A stretch of 64,000 nt of DNA from Holophagales bacterium UBA5066. GTDB taxonomy: Bacteria > Acidobacteriota > Thermoanaerobaculia > UBA5066. The notes below the pieces were generated by a model. The model worked only from the letters and a program-made list of their open reading frames with translations. It ran no database searches and was not told where the DNA came from. The first letter of the stretch is position 1. Each line of letters opens with the position of its first letter. Location of the stretch: NCBI GenBank assembly GCA_002414905.1, contig DIAY01000212.1, positions 51,697 through 115,696 of the forward strand, given 5' to 3'. Shown piece by piece: positions 36,939 to 47,507 of this stretch. Both the position numbers and the translations under genes were made by a program.

Positions 36939-39900
36939 ATGCAGCGTCTTCTCGCGACAGCTCTGTCCGCGGGTCTCCTCGCGGTCCTCCCCGTAATGCG
37001 CGCGTCCGCCCAGGGTCCCGCCGACGTCACGACCGGCCCGGACGTCACCCGGGACGCCCGCCTCCTCCGTTTCCCCGACGTCCACGGCGAAACGATCGTC
37101 TTCTCCCACGCGGGAGACCTCTGGACCGTCCCCGCCGCCGGTGGTACGGCCCGCCGCCTGACGACCGGAGACGGCCTCGAGCTCTTCCCCCGCTTCTCGC
37201 CCGACGGGAAGTGGATCGCCTTCACCGGCCAGTACGACGGGACGACCGACGTCTACGTCATGCCGGCCACCGGCGGCGAGCCGCGCCGCCTCACCTGGTA
37301 CCCGTCGACGGACCAGAGCGAGCGGATGGGACCCGACAACCTCGTCCTCGGCTGGACGCCGGACGGAAAGATTCTCTTCCGGGGCCTGCGCGGGCCGATC
37401 CGGGGCTTCGTCGGCGAGCCGTACGTCGTCTCGCCCGAGGGCGGCCCCATCGAGCGCTTCCCGCTTCCCGAGTCGGGGGCCATCAGCTTCTCGCCGGACG
37501 GCAGGAGAATCGCCTACAACCGGATTTTTCGGGACTTCCGCCCCTGGAAGCGCTACGAGGGTGGAATGGCCCAGGACGTCTGGCTGTACGACCTGGGAAC
37601 GAAAGCGATCGAGAGGCTGACCGACTGGCCCGGCACCGACACGCAGCCGATGTGGATCGGCGGCGCGGTCTACTTCCTCTCCGACCGCGACGGCTGGAAG
37701 GGGAACCTCTGGAAGTACGACCTGACGACGAAGGCGACGACGCGCGTCACGTCGTTCACCGGGTACGACGTGAAGTGGCCGCACGGAGGCGGAGGTGGCG
37801 GCGACTCGATCGCCTTCGAGAACGGCGGGTATCTCTACCTCCTCGACACGAAGAGCGGGCAGAGCCGCAAGGTGACGGTCGACCTCCCCGACGACCGGAA
37901 GTGGGCGCGGCCGCGCTGGGTGAAGGTGGACGACCAGATCACCGACTTCGCCCTCGCCCCGGGTGGGAAGCGGGCCGTCCTCACCGCCCGCGGCGACGTC
38001 TTCACCGTGCCCGTGGAGAACGGCAACACGAGGGACCTGACCCTCACGAACGGCGCACGGGAGCGCAACACCGTCTGGTCGCCCGACGGCAAGCAGATCG
38101 CGTACTGGTCCGACGCCTCCGGCGAGGAGGAGCTCTTCGTCGCGCCGCAGGACGGCAGGGGCAAGCCGGTGATGGTCGCCCCCGCGACGGGCACCTGGCA
38201 CTTCCCGCCCGTCTGGTCGGGCGACTCCAGGAAGCTCGCGTATTCCGACCGGGCGATGCGCCTCTGGGTCGTCGACATCTCCGAGAAAAAGCCCCTCCTC
38301 GTCGACACCGCGACGATCCTCGAAATCTCCAGCTACGCCCTCTCGCCCGACGGGCAGTGGCTCGCGTACGTGAAGACCGTCGAGAACGATTTCCCGGTCG
38401 TCTTTCTCCGCTCGCTCGCCACCGGGAAGACCGTCCCCGTCACTTCGGCCGCCTCCCATGCCGCCGAGCCGGTCTTCGACCCCGAAGGGAAGTACCTCTA
38501 CCTCCTCTCCGGCCGGGACCTCCACCCGACGCTCGGCGCCTTCGAGGCGTCGTACACCGTGAACAAGGCGACGCGTCCGTACGCGCTGCTTCTCGCCGCG
38601 GCGACGCCGTCACCCTTCGCCCCGCAGAGCGACGAGGCGAAGCTGGCCGGATCGAAGAACGAAGCCAGGGGTGAGAAGAAGCCCGACGCGGGCAAGGACG
38701 GGAAGAGGGACGGCGACGAGAAGGACGCCCCGAAGGCCGTGACGGTCAAAGTCGACCTCGAGGGCCTCGAAAGCCGGCTCGTCGCCTTCCCCGTCCCACC
38801 GGGCAACTACTTCGGCCTGAAGGCCGCGAAGGATCAGCTCTTCTGGCTTTCAGCACCGACGCTCGCGCTGACCGAGGGGGACGGCCCGCCGATGTCCGCC
38901 CTCCAGATGTACGACCTCGAGAAAAGGAAGGTCACCGACCTCTTCCCGGCCGTCGAGAACTACGACCTCGCCCCGGACGGCACCCGGCTCATCGTGAAGT
39001 CCGACGCGAAGACCTACCAGGTCGTCGAGCCGAAAGAAGGGCTCAAGCCGGGAGAAGGCAAGCTCGACCTCTCCGGCCTCCGGATGGAGCTCGATCCGCA
39101 GGCCGAGTGGCGGCAGATCTTTCTCGAAACGTGGCGCCTCTACCGCGACTTCTTCTACCTCCCCGACATGGGGAAGATCGACTGGGACGGCATCCGGAAG
39201 CGCTACGAGCCGCTCGTCGCACACGTCTCGCACCGCTACGACCTGACCTACGTCCTCTCCGAGGTCGCCGCCGAGCTCGGCTCGGGCCACGCCTACGTCG
39301 GCGGCGGTGACGCGCCGAAGGTGGAGAAGGTCCCCGTCGGGCTCCTGGGCGCCGATCTCGCGCTCGATGCGAAGGCGGGGCGCTGGAAGATCGCCCGCAT
39401 CATCCCCGGGCAGAACTGGAACGAGGCCCGGCGCTCGCCCCTGACCGAGCCGGGCGTGAACGTGAGGGAAGGCGAGTACCTCCTCGCGATCGACGGCCAC
39501 GACCTCACCGCGAAGGACGAGCCGTACCGGTTCCTGGCGGGCCTCTGGCCCGCGACGTCGGCCTCCGGCCCGACACCGCGCACGATCACGCTCCTCGTCA
39601 ACGCCCAGGCCGCGGCGGCCGGCGCCCGCGAGGTCGTCGTGAGGCCGATCGGAAACGAGGAGGAGCTGCGCTACGTCGACTGGGTCGAAACGAACCGAAA
39701 GAAGGTCGAAGCCGCCACGAACGGCCGCGTCGGCTACGTCCACATTCCGAACATGGGTGCCGACGGCCTCCAGGAGTTCATCCGGCAGTTCTACCCGCAG
39801 CTGCGCAAGGAGGCCCTCGTCGTCGACGTGCGTGCCAATGGCGGCGGCTTCGTCTCCGAGATGATCCTCGAGCGGCTCGCCCGCACCGTGAAGGGAATGG

Positions 39901-40349
39901 GCAATATGCGCAATGCCCGCCCCGGCCCGTACCCCACCGCCGCGTTCAACGGCCCGATGGTCGCCCTCATCAGCCCCTACTCCGCCTCGGACGGCGACAT
40001 CTTCCCCTACTACTTCCGCAAGTATGGTCTCGGGCCGCTCATCGGGAAGAGGACCTGGGGCGGTGTCGTCGGGATCCGAGGCCTGGGTGGCGGGATGGTC
40101 GACGGCGGCTACACGTTCGTCCCCGAGTTCGGCACATACGACCTGAAATCGCATTGGATCATGGAGAACGAAGGGGTCGCCCCCGACATCGAGGTCGACA
40201 ACCTGCCGGCCGACGAGCTGGCCGGAAAGGACGCCCAGCTCGAGCGCGGGATCGCCGAGGTGATGAAGCGGCTCGAGGCACACCCGCCGGTGTGGGCACC
40301 GGTACCGCCGTCGAGGGATCTGGCGAATCCGAAGGTGCCGGAGAAATAG
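36939..40349 (+). CDS. tricorn protease homolog (beta-propellers + PDZ + S41 peptidase domain)
   Basis: 1136 aa with a signal peptide. Contains [40 protein letters not shown] and the C-terminal S41 motifs. Confidence 0.85.
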   Translation: MQRLLATALSAGLLAVLPVMRASAQGPADVTTGPDVTRDARLLRFPDVHGETIVFSHAGDLWTVPAAGGTARRLTTGDGLELFPRFSPDGKWIAFTGQYDGTTDVYVMPATGGEPRRLTWYPSTDQSERMGPDNLVLGWTPDGKILFRGLRGPIRGFVGEPYVVSPEGGPIERFPLPESGAISFSPDGRRIAYNRIFRDFRPWKRYEGGMAQDVWLYDLGTKAIERLTDWPGTDTQPMWIGGAVYFLSDRDGWKGNLWKYDLTTKATTRVTSFTGYDVKWPHGGGGGGDSIAFENGGYLYLLDTKSGQSRKVTVDLPDDRKWARPRWVKVDDQITDFALAPGGKRAVLTARGDVFTVPVENGNTRDLTLTNGARERNTVWSPDGKQIAYWSDASGEEELFVAPQDGRGKPVMVAPATGTWHFPPVWSGDSRKLAYSDRAMRLWVVDISEKKPLLVDTATILEISSYALSPDGQWLAYVKTVENDFPVVFLRSLATGKTVPVTSAASHAAEPVFDPEGKYLYLLSGRDLHPTLGAFEASYTVNKATRPYALLLAAATPSPFAPQSDEAKLAGSKNEARGEKKPDAGKDGKRDGDEKDAPKAVTVKVDLEGLESRLVAFPVPPGNYFGLKAAKDQLFWLSAPTLALTEGDGPPMSALQMYDLEKRKVTDLFPAVENYDLAPDGTRLIVKSDAKTYQVVEPKEGLKPGEGKLDLSGLRMELDPQAEWRQIFLETWRLYRDFFYLPDMGKIDWDGIRKRYEPLVAHVSHRYDLTYVLSEVAAELGSGHAYVGGGDAPKVEKVPVGLLGADLALDAKAGRWKIARIIPGQNWNEARRSPLTEPGVNVREGEYLLAIDGHDLTAKDEPYRFLAGLWPATSASGPTPRTITLLVNAQAAAAGAREVVVRPIGNEEELRYVDWVETNRKKVEAATNGRVGYVHIPNMGADGLQEFIRQFYPQLRKEALVVDVRANGGGFVSEMILERLARTVKGMGNMRNARPGPYPTAAFNGPMVALISPYSASDGDIFPYYFRKYGLGPLIGKRTWGGVVGIRGLGGGMVDGGYTFVPEFGTYDLKSHWIMENEGVAPDIEVDNLPADELAGKDAQLERGIAEVMKRLEAHPPVWAPVPPSRDLANPKVPEK

Positions 40350-40389
40350 GCCTTCAGAGCCCCCGAGAGCTCTCCCGAAAACGTCACGC

Positions 40390-40409
40390 GGCCGGCGGAA
40401 ACGCCGGCC
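40390..40409 (+). terminator. GC hairpin GGCCGGCG-GAAA-CGCCGGCC after the tricorn gene (intrinsic-terminator-like, no U-tract)
   Basis: An 8-bp stem with a GAAA loop. The same 16-nt core CCGGCGGAAACGCCGG recurs in the two tRNA-fragment repeats at ~49572 and ~52117. Confidence 0.4.
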
Positions 40410-40417
40410 GACCGGCT

Positions 40418-42520
40418 ATGCTCGCCGTCCGAGACGACGCGACGATGAGCGGCGAAATGGCCCCGATTTCCCGGATTCCCCTCGAAGAGCGCTACCGGCT
40501 CCTCCTCGGGATCTCGAACGTCCTCGGCGTGATCCGCGATCCGGAAGAGCTCATCGCCGCACTCGCCCGCGAGCTCCACCGGATCGTCCCGTTCGACTTT
40601 CTGAGCCTCTACCTCGTGGACGCTTGCGGCGAGGGTCCGATCTGGCACGTCTGGCGGGTCGACGAGCAGTCCGTCGTCCGCCTCCCGGAGGGTATCCCCC
40701 TCGAAGAGACCGTCGAAGCGTGGGTCACGACAAACCGGCGGACGGCCTCCTGGCCGGCCGGGGCAGAGCAACCGGCATTTCCGAGGCTCGAGGAGGCGCT
40801 CGCCCGGCACGGCGTCCGTTCGCTCTTTGCGACTCCCCTCTGTACGGTGAACCGGCCGCTCGGAGCGATGACGTTCGCCAGTCTCGGCGAGGGCGCCTAC
40901 CCGGCCGAGGAGACGCGTTTTCTGTCGGTCGTCGCCGACCACCTCGCCCTCACGATCGACGGGGCCGCGACCTTCGCGCGCCTCAGGGTCGCGCACGAGC
41001 AGCTCGCCCGGAACAGCGAGCGGCGCAAGCTCGTCATCGAGGTCGGACGGAGCGTCCTTTCGATCCTCGACCTGCAGGAGCTCCTCCGCGCCATCTCGTC
41101 AAACGTCCGAAAGGTCCTGCGGTGTGACCTCGCGAGCGTCGTTCTCGTCGATGCGGACCGGACCCAGGCCCAGCTCTACGTTCTCGACTTTCCCGAGAGC
41201 CGTGGCTTCTTCCGGGAAGGGGCCGTCGTCCCGGTAGAGGGGAGGGAGATGGAGGAGTTCCTCCGGGCCGGCCAGCCTCGCGAGGTGTCCTTCGACGGGC
41301 TGACGGGGCCGGGGATGGAGGGCGTGAGGCAGGAAGGCTTCCGGACCGGGATCGTCCTTCCCCTCCTCAGCCGGGGACGCGCCGTCGGCCTCTTCACGGT
41401 CATGAGACGCGGCGACGGGCGGTTCGACAGGGATGAGGTCGAGCTCGCCGTTCTCGTCGGGGGGCAGATCGCGACCGCGCTCGACAACGCGCTCGCCTAC
41501 CGCGAGATCGCCCAGCTCAGGGACAAGCTCGCCGAGCAGAAGCTCTATCTCGAGGACGAGATCCGCAGCGAGCTCAACTTCGAGGAGATCGTCGGGCGGA
41601 GCGAGCCGCTCCGACGCGTCCTGAGGCAGGTCGAGACCGTCGCCCCGACCGGCTCGACCGTCCTGATCCACGGCGAGACCGGCTCGGGGAAGGAGCTGAT
41701 CGCGCGCGCCATCCACGACCGCGGCGCCAGGAGCGGCCGGACGTTCGTCAAGCTGAGCTGCGCAGCGATCCCCGCGGGGCTCCTCGAGAGCGAGCTCTTC
41801 GGCCACCAGAAGGGGGCGTTCACCGGCGCGATCGCGGACCGCGTGGGGCGGTTCGAGCTCGCGAACGGGGGGACCGTCTTCCTCGACGAGATCGGGGAGA
41901 TCCCTCTCGAGCTCCAGCCCAAGCTCCTCCGCGTCCTGCAGGAACGCGAGTTCGAGAGGCTCGGGAGCTCGAAGACGCTCCGGACCGACGCGCGGCTCAT
42001 CGCGGCGACGAACCGGGACCTCGCCGCGATGGTCGACGCGGGGACGTTTCGCGCGGACCTCTTCTACCGCCTGAACGTCTTTCCCATCCTCGTTCCCGCG
42101 CTTCGCGAGCGGCCCGAGGACATTCCGCTCCTCGTGCGCCACTTCGTCCAGCAGCTCGGACGCCGGATGAACCGGGTCGTCGAGACGATTCCGGCCGGGA
42201 CGATGTCGGCCCTCTGCCGCTACGACTGGCCCGGGAACATCCGCGAGCTCCAGAACCTGATCGAGCGCGCGATGATCCTGACGACCGGCCCCGTCCTGCG
42301 GGTTCCCCTCGACGACCTGAAGTCGCGCGGGACGCCGGGAGCGGCCAACGGCCGCCTGCCGACCCTCGAGGAAGCGGAGCGCGAGCACATCGTCTCCGCG
42401 CTCGAGGAGACCAGGTGGGTCGTCGGCGGCCCGAACGGTGCAGCCGTACGGCTCGGCCTGAAGCGGTCCACGCTCCAGTTCCGGATGAAGAAGCTCGGAA
42501 TCGACCGCCCTGCACGCTAA
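40418..42520 (+). CDS. sigma-54-dependent transcriptional activator (bEBP) with N-terminal GAF domains, AAA+ domain and C-terminal HTH
   Basis: Contains GETGSGKE (Walker A), the GAFTGA motif ([10 protein letters not shown]), ELFGH and a C-terminal Fis-type HTH. The start is [12 protein letters not shown]. Confidence 0.9.
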   Translation: MLAVRDDATMSGEMAPISRIPLEERYRLLLGISNVLGVIRDPEELIAALARELHRIVPFDFLSLYLVDACGEGPIWHVWRVDEQSVVRLPEGIPLEETVEAWVTTNRRTASWPAGAEQPAFPRLEEALARHGVRSLFATPLCTVNRPLGAMTFASLGEGAYPAEETRFLSVVADHLALTIDGAATFARLRVAHEQLARNSERRKLVIEVGRSVLSILDLQELLRAISSNVRKVLRCDLASVVLVDADRTQAQLYVLDFPESRGFFREGAVVPVEGREMEEFLRAGQPREVSFDGLTGPGMEGVRQEGFRTGIVLPLLSRGRAVGLFTVMRRGDGRFDRDEVELAVLVGGQIATALDNALAYREIAQLRDKLAEQKLYLEDEIRSELNFEEIVGRSEPLRRVLRQVETVAPTGSTVLIHGETGSGKELIARAIHDRGARSGRTFVKLSCAAIPAGLLESELFGHQKGAFTGAIADRVGRFELANGGTVFLDEIGEIPLELQPKLLRVLQEREFERLGSSKTLRTDARLIAATNRDLAAMVDAGTFRADLFYRLNVFPILVPALRERPEDIPLLVRHFVQQLGRRMNRVVETIPAGTMSALCRYDWPGNIRELQNLIERAMILTTGPVLRVPLDDLKSRGTPGAANGRLPTLEEAEREHIVSALEETRWVVGGPNGAAVRLGLKRSTLQFRMKKLGIDRPAR

Positions 42521-42557
42521 GTCCTCTTCATCGGAAACAGGCCCGCCTCCCTCGCCG

Positions 42558-42597
42558 TGGCGCCAGCATGTTGGCGCGTGCCAACATGCTGGCGCCA
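42558..42597. promoter_or_regulatory. perfect 18-bp inverted repeat TGGCGCCAGCATGTTGGC-gcgt-GCCAACATGCTGGCGCCA, 38 nt after the bEBP stop and ~100 bp upstream of sigma-54-like promoters
   Basis: Read directly from the sequence and checked base by base. The position fits either a bEBP enhancer (UAS) or a U-less terminator hairpin for the bEBP gene. Confidence 0.5.
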
Positions 42598-42662
42598 AAT
42601 GATTGGCACCGCCGGGATGGGTTCTGTCTTAGAATTAAGTTAAGTTGTTCTATTAGAACAAC

Positions 42663-42708
42663 TTGGCGTGTCGTTCGCCGACTTGCCCGTCGCGGCATTC
42701 TCCTTGCT
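42663..42708 (+). promoter_or_regulatory. two candidate sigma-54 -24/-12 elements: TGGCGT-gtcgt-TCGC (42663-78) and CGGCAT-tctcc-TTGCT (42693-708)
   Basis: Both have GG and GC in the 12-nt register. The second has a perfect TTGCW -12 box and lies 29 nt upstream of the STAS ATG, with GAGGAGG between them. A low-GC tract (ttagaattaagttaagttgttctattagaac) lies between the palindrome and these elements. Confidence 0.45.
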
Positions 42709-42735
42709 CACCCACCTTGCGCGAGGAGGCCGCCC

Positions 42736-43077
42736 ATGCTGAAGATCACGACCTGGACCGAGCATGAAGAAGTCTGTCTGAAGCTCGAGGGCGACCTGGT
42801 CGGTACCTGGGTTCGCGATCTCGAAGAGTGCTGGCGGTCGAACCGTTCGAAGGGCGGCGGCTCGGGGGTCTGCCTCGACCTCACGGGCGTCACGCGCGTG
42901 GACGACGCGGGTCGCTATCTCCTCGCGCTGATCCAGGAGACCGGGGCTCGGATGGTCTCGACCGGTGTCGCGATGAAGGACCTGCTCGAGTCGATCGCCC
43001 GCGACTGGCCGCGGGCGCGGACCGAGAGCAAGGGTTGGGTTGCCCTCCCCACGGCCCGTGCGGCCGATGCGGGATGA
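42736..43077 (+). CDS. STAS-domain protein (anti-sigma-factor-antagonist / SpoIIAA-like fold)
   Basis: 113 aa. Contains CLKLEGDLVG...VCLDLTGVTRVDDAGRYLLALIQETGARMVSTGV. It is the first gene of the RND operon. Confidence 0.7.
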   Translation: MLKITTWTEHEEVCLKLEGDLVGTWVRDLEECWRSNRSKGGGSGVCLDLTGVTRVDDAGRYLLALIQETGARMVSTGVAMKDLLESIARDWPRARTESKGWVALPTARAADAG

Positions 43078-43112
43078 AGCACCCGGAACCAGACCACGAG
43101 AAGAACAGCCGA

Positions 43113-44324
43113 ATGAGCTCGATGGAGAAACAGATGAGTGAACGCCGTCCCCTTTTCCCGGCCTTTCCGATTCTCGCCACCGCCACCGTCGTCGCGGTGC
43201 TGACCGCCGCGTGCGGCAAGGGCCCGGCTCAGCCGCCGCAGGGGCCGGCCGAGGTCGGTGTCGTCACGATGACGACCGAGAAGGTCATCCTGACGACGGA
43301 GCTCCCGGGCCGTACGTCGCCTTTCCTCGTCGCCGAGGTCCGCCCGCAGGTGAACGGTCTCCTTCGTGAGAGGAGCTTCGAAGAAGGCTCCAGCGTGAAG
43401 GCGGGCGCGCTCCTCTACCAGATCGACCCGGCTCCCTACCAGGCCGCGTTCGAACAGGCGAAGGCGTCGCTCGCGATGGCCGAAGCGAACCTCCCGGCCG
43501 CTCGTGCGCGCGCCGCACGACTCAAGGGGCTGGTCGAGATTCGCGCCGTCGGGCAGCAGGACTACGACGACGCCGCAGCGGCGGCGATGCAGGCCGAGGC
43601 GGGCGTCGCGGCCGCGAAGGCGACCGTGGAGAGCGCGCGGATCAACCTGTCCTACACGCCGATCCGCGCACCGATCTCCGGCCGGACGGGCAAATCGAGC
43701 GTGACCGTCGGCGCGCTCGTGACGGCGTACCAGCCGGTTCCCCTCACGGTCGTCCAGCAGCTCGACCCGATCTACGTCGACGTGACGCAGTCCTCCGTCG
43801 AGCTCCTCCACCTTCGGGAAGGATTCAGGAGCGGAGGCCTCACCCGGAACGACGCCTCATGGAGCAAGGTCAAGCTCGTCCTGGAGGACGGGACGACCTA
43901 CCCGCGGGAAGGGAAGCTCAAGTTCCGCGACGTGACGGTCGACCCGACGACCGGGTCCGTCAGCCTCCGCATGGTCTTTCCGAACCCCGACGACCTTCTC
44001 CTTCCGGGGATGTTCGTCCGCGCGATCGTCGAAGAAGGTGTGATCAAGGACGCGATCCTCGTTCCCCAGCAGGGCGTCACCCGCGATCAGAAGGGACACC
44101 CCTACGCCCTCGTCGCCGGCAAGGACGGGAAGGCCGAGCAGCGGATGCTGACGCTCGACCGGGCTATGGGCGACCGCTGGCTCGTCACGAAGGGGCTCGC
44201 CACGGGCGACCAGGTCATCGTCGACGGTCTGCAGCGGATACGCCCCGGAGCCGACGTGAAGACGGTGCCGTTCACGGCGCCGGCCAGCTCCGGGCCCGGC
44301 ACGGCAGCCCCGGCGGCGAAGTAG
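43113..44324 (+). CDS. RND efflux periplasmic adaptor (membrane fusion protein) lipoprotein
   Basis: Has a lipobox LTAAC and HlyD-like coiled-coil and barrel regions (INLSYTPIRAPISGRTG). Confidence 0.9.
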   Translation: MSSMEKQMSERRPLFPAFPILATATVVAVLTAACGKGPAQPPQGPAEVGVVTMTTEKVILTTELPGRTSPFLVAEVRPQVNGLLRERSFEEGSSVKAGALLYQIDPAPYQAAFEQAKASLAMAEANLPAARARAARLKGLVEIRAVGQQDYDDAAAAAMQAEAGVAAAKATVESARINLSYTPIRAPISGRTGKSSVTVGALVTAYQPVPLTVVQQLDPIYVDVTQSSVELLHLREGFRSGGLTRNDASWSKVKLVLEDGTTYPREGKLKFRDVTVDPTTGSVSLRMVFPNPDDLLLPGMFVRAIVEEGVIKDAILVPQQGVTRDQKGHPYALVAGKDGKAEQRMLTLDRAMGDRWLVTKGLATGDQVIVDGLQRIRPGADVKTVPFTAPASSGPGTAAPAAK

Positions 44325-44333
44325 GGAGGCGCG

Positions 44334-47300
44334 ATGTCTCGATTTTTCCTCGAGCGCCCCGTCTTCGCCTGGGTTATCGCGATCGCGATGATGCTGGCGG
44401 GCGGCATGGCGATCGTGAACCTTCCGATCTCCCAGTACCCGCCCATCGCGCCGCCCTCGATCGGGATCCGGGCCATCTACCCCGGGGCGTCCGCGAAAAC
44501 CGTCGAGGATTCCGTCGTCCAGATCATCGAGCAGAAGATGACCGGGCTCGACCGGATGCTCTACATGTACTCCACCGCCGACTCGTCGGGCAGCACGCAG
44601 ATCACGTTGACGTTCGCACCGGGGACCGATCCCGACATCGCCTGGTCGAAGGTCCAGAACAAGCTCCAGCTCGCGATGCCGGCCCTCCCCGACGTCGTCC
44701 AGCAGGCGGGTGTGACCGTCAGCAAGGCGACACGGAATTACCTCCTCATCGCCGGCGTCGTCTCCGAGGACGGCAGCCTCGACAACGCGGACCTCAACGA
44801 CTACACCTCCTCGAAGATCGAGTCGGTCATCGGCCGGGTCCCCGGCGTCGGTGAAGTCGAGGTCTTCGGAACCTCCTATTCGATGCGGGTCTGGTTCGAC
44901 CCGGACAAGCTGACGAAGTACGGGATGACGTCGGACGACGTCGTCGCCGCCCTGAGGGCTTACAACGTCGAGGTCTCCGCCGGTCAGCTCGGCGGTGCGC
45001 CGGCCGTCCCCGGACAACGCCTCAACGCTTCGATCCTCGTCCAGTCGCTCCTGAAGACACCGGAGGAATTCGCGTCGGTCCCGCTCCGGACGAACACCGA
45101 CGGGTCGGTCGTGACGGTGAAGGACATCGGCCGGGCCGAGCTGGGCACCGAAGCTCCCGACGTGGCGTTCCGGTTCAACGGAAAGCCGGCGGGCGTCTTC
45201 GCGGTCCGTCAGGAGGCGGGGGCGAACGCCCTCGACACCGCTCGCCGGGTCAAGGAGAAGATGGAGGAGCTCTCGCACTTCTTCCCGCCCGGGATGAAGC
45301 CGGTCTACATCTACGACACGACCCCGTTCGTGAAGGTGGCCATCGACGACGTCTTCAAGACGCTCTTCGAGGCGATCATCCTCGTCTTCCTCGTCATGTA
45401 TCTGTTCCTCGGAAACCTCCGGGCGACGCTCATCCCGACGATCGCCGTCCCGGTCGTCATTCTCGGGACGTTCGGCGTCCTCGGCTTCCTCGGCTACTCG
45501 ATCAACATGCTGACGATGTTCGCCATGGTGCTCGCCATCGGGCTCCTCGTCGACGATGCGATCGTCGTCGTCGAGAACGTCGAGCGGATCATGAGCGAGG
45601 AAGGACTCTCCCCGCTCGAGGCGACCCGGAAGTCGATGGACGAGATCACGAGCGCCCTCGTCGGGATCGGCCTCGTCCTCTCGGCGGTCTTCGGGCCGAT
45701 GGTCTTCTTCCCGGGCTCCACCGGCGTCATCTACCGGCAGTTCTCGGTCACCGTCATCGCTTCGATGCTCCTCTCCGTCGCCGTCGCCCTCATCCTGACG
45801 CCCGTTCTCTGCGCGACGCTCCTCCAGCCCGTCGCCAAGGGGCACGAGACGGCGGAGACGGGCAGCAGCTTCCTGCGGCCGTTTTTCCTCTGGTTCGACC
45901 GGCTCTTCAACCGGTTGAGGGACCATTACACGCGGTCGGTCGGCCAGATCCTCGGAAAGAGAAGCCTCTTTGCCGTCGTCTTCGCCGTGATCGTCGGTGT
46001 GATGGTGCTTCTCTACCTCCGGATGCCGACCGGCTACCTTCCGGACGAAGACCAGGGGACGCTGATGGCGATGGTCCAGCTCCCGGTCGGCTCGACGCTC
46101 GAGCAGACGCAGGCCGTCATGGCTGATGTCGAGCACCACTTCCTCGTCGACCAGAAGGACGCCGTGAAGTCGTGCGGCGCGGTATCGGGGTCGGGTTTCG
46201 GCGGGCGAGGCCAGAACATGGGGATGATCTTCGTCCAGCTCAAGGACTGGAAGCTGCGCAACCGCCCCGGCCTGCGCGCCAAAGACGTCGCTGGCAAGGC
46301 GATGCAGGCGCTCTCGGGCCAGCGCGGCGCCATCGTCTTCGCCTTCCCGCCCCCCGCCGTCGTCGAGCTCGGTACGGCGACCGGATTCGACCTGATGCTC
46401 CAGGACCGGGGCGACCTCGGGCACGATGGCCTCACGGGCGCGATGGGTCAGCTCCTCGGGCTTGCCGCAAAGGATCCCCGCCTCGCCCGCGTCAGGCCGA
46501 ACGGGATGCCGGACGTCCCGCAGTACAAGGTCGACATCGACTGGGAGAAGGCGGGTGCCTTCGGCGTCCCGGTCAGCTCGATTCAGAGCTATCTCTCGGC
46601 GGCGTTCGGCAGCGCGTACGTCGGAAACTTCGTTCAGGGAGGACGGGTCAAGCGCGTCTACGCCCAGGCCGACGCCCCGTTCCGGATGCTCCCGGGGGAC
46701 TTCCACCGCCTCCAGGTCCGCAACCGCAAGGGCGGACTCGTCCCCCTGTCAGCCGTGACCTCGGGCCGGTGGATCTATGGTTCGCCGCGGCTCGAGCGAT
46801 ACAACAGCTTCCCCGCGATGAACATCCAGGGGGAGCCCGCGCCCGGACACAGCTCCGGCGAGGCGATGCTCGCCATGGAGGAGCTCATCGGCAAGCTCCC
46901 GGCCGGAGTCGGCTACGAGTGGACGGGACTCTCCTACCAGCAACGGATGTCGGAGTCGCAGACGGGGCTCCTCTACTCCTTCTCGATCCTCGTGATCTTC
47001 CTCGTCCTGGCGGCGCTCTACGAGAGCTGGACGGTCCCGATCTCGATCGTCCTCGCCCTCCCGCTCGGCGTCATCGGCGGCGTCATCGCCTCCTCCATGC
47101 GCGGCATGACGAACGACGTCTACTTCCAGATCGGTCTTCTCGCCGTCCTCGGCCTGACGACGAAGAACGCGATCCTCATCGTCCAGTTCGCCGTGGCAAA
47201 CCGCGAGAAGGGGATGGGCCTCGTCGACGCGACCCTCGAGGCGGCCAAGACCCGGCTCCGCCCGATCGTGATGACCTCGTTGGCGTTCGGTTTCGGTGTC

Positions 47301-47507
47301 CTGCCGCTCACGCTCGCGAGCGGAGCCGGGGCCGGCGCGCAGAAGGCGATCGGCACGAGCGTCCTCGGTGGCATGCTGAGCGGCACGTTCCTCGCCGTCA
47401 TCTTCATCCCGCTCCTCTACGTCCTCGTCGTTCGGCTCTTCGAGGGCAGGAAGGCCGAAGCGGCGCAACCCGCCCCCGAGGCGCCGCTCCCGGCGGAGGG
47501 AAAGTGA
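44334..47507 (+). CDS. RND multidrug efflux permease (HAE1/AcrB family)
   Basis: 1057 aa with 12 TM segments and two large periplasmic loops. AcrB-like motifs are present throughout. Confidence 0.95.
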   Translation: MSRFFLERPVFAWVIAIAMMLAGGMAIVNLPISQYPPIAPPSIGIRAIYPGASAKTVEDSVVQIIEQKMTGLDRMLYMYSTADSSGSTQITLTFAPGTDPDIAWSKVQNKLQLAMPALPDVVQQAGVTVSKATRNYLLIAGVVSEDGSLDNADLNDYTSSKIESVIGRVPGVGEVEVFGTSYSMRVWFDPDKLTKYGMTSDDVVAALRAYNVEVSAGQLGGAPAVPGQRLNASILVQSLLKTPEEFASVPLRTNTDGSVVTVKDIGRAELGTEAPDVAFRFNGKPAGVFAVRQEAGANALDTARRVKEKMEELSHFFPPGMKPVYIYDTTPFVKVAIDDVFKTLFEAIILVFLVMYLFLGNLRATLIPTIAVPVVILGTFGVLGFLGYSINMLTMFAMVLAIGLLVDDAIVVVENVERIMSEEGLSPLEATRKSMDEITSALVGIGLVLSAVFGPMVFFPGSTGVIYRQFSVTVIASMLLSVAVALILTPVLCATLLQPVAKGHETAETGSSFLRPFFLWFDRLFNRLRDHYTRSVGQILGKRSLFAVVFAVIVGVMVLLYLRMPTGYLPDEDQGTLMAMVQLPVGSTLEQTQAVMADVEHHFLVDQKDAVKSCGAVSGSGFGGRGQNMGMIFVQLKDWKLRNRPGLRAKDVAGKAMQALSGQRGAIVFAFPPPAVVELGTATGFDLMLQDRGDLGHDGLTGAMGQLLGLAAKDPRLARVRPNGMPDVPQYKVDIDWEKAGAFGVPVSSIQSYLSAAFGSAYVGNFVQGGRVKRVYAQADAPFRMLPGDFHRLQVRNRKGGLVPLSAVTSGRWIYGSPRLERYNSFPAMNIQGEPAPGHSSGEAMLAMEELIGKLPAGVGYEWTGLSYQQRMSESQTGLLYSFSILVIFLVLAALYESWTVPISIVLALPLGVIGGVIASSMRGMTNDVYFQIGLLAVLGLTTKNAILIVQFAVANREKGMGLVDATLEAAKTRLRPIVMTSLAFGFGVLPLTLASGAGAGAQKAIGTSVLGGMLSGTFLAVIFIPLLYVLVVRLFEGRKAEAAQPAPEAPLPAEGK

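Noticed and set aside
42415-42735. N-terminal extension of the STAS ORF (track ORF starts at 42415)
   Set aside because: It would read through the 40-bp palindrome and the promoter region, and it is Arg-rich. The ATG at 42736 has a proper SD.
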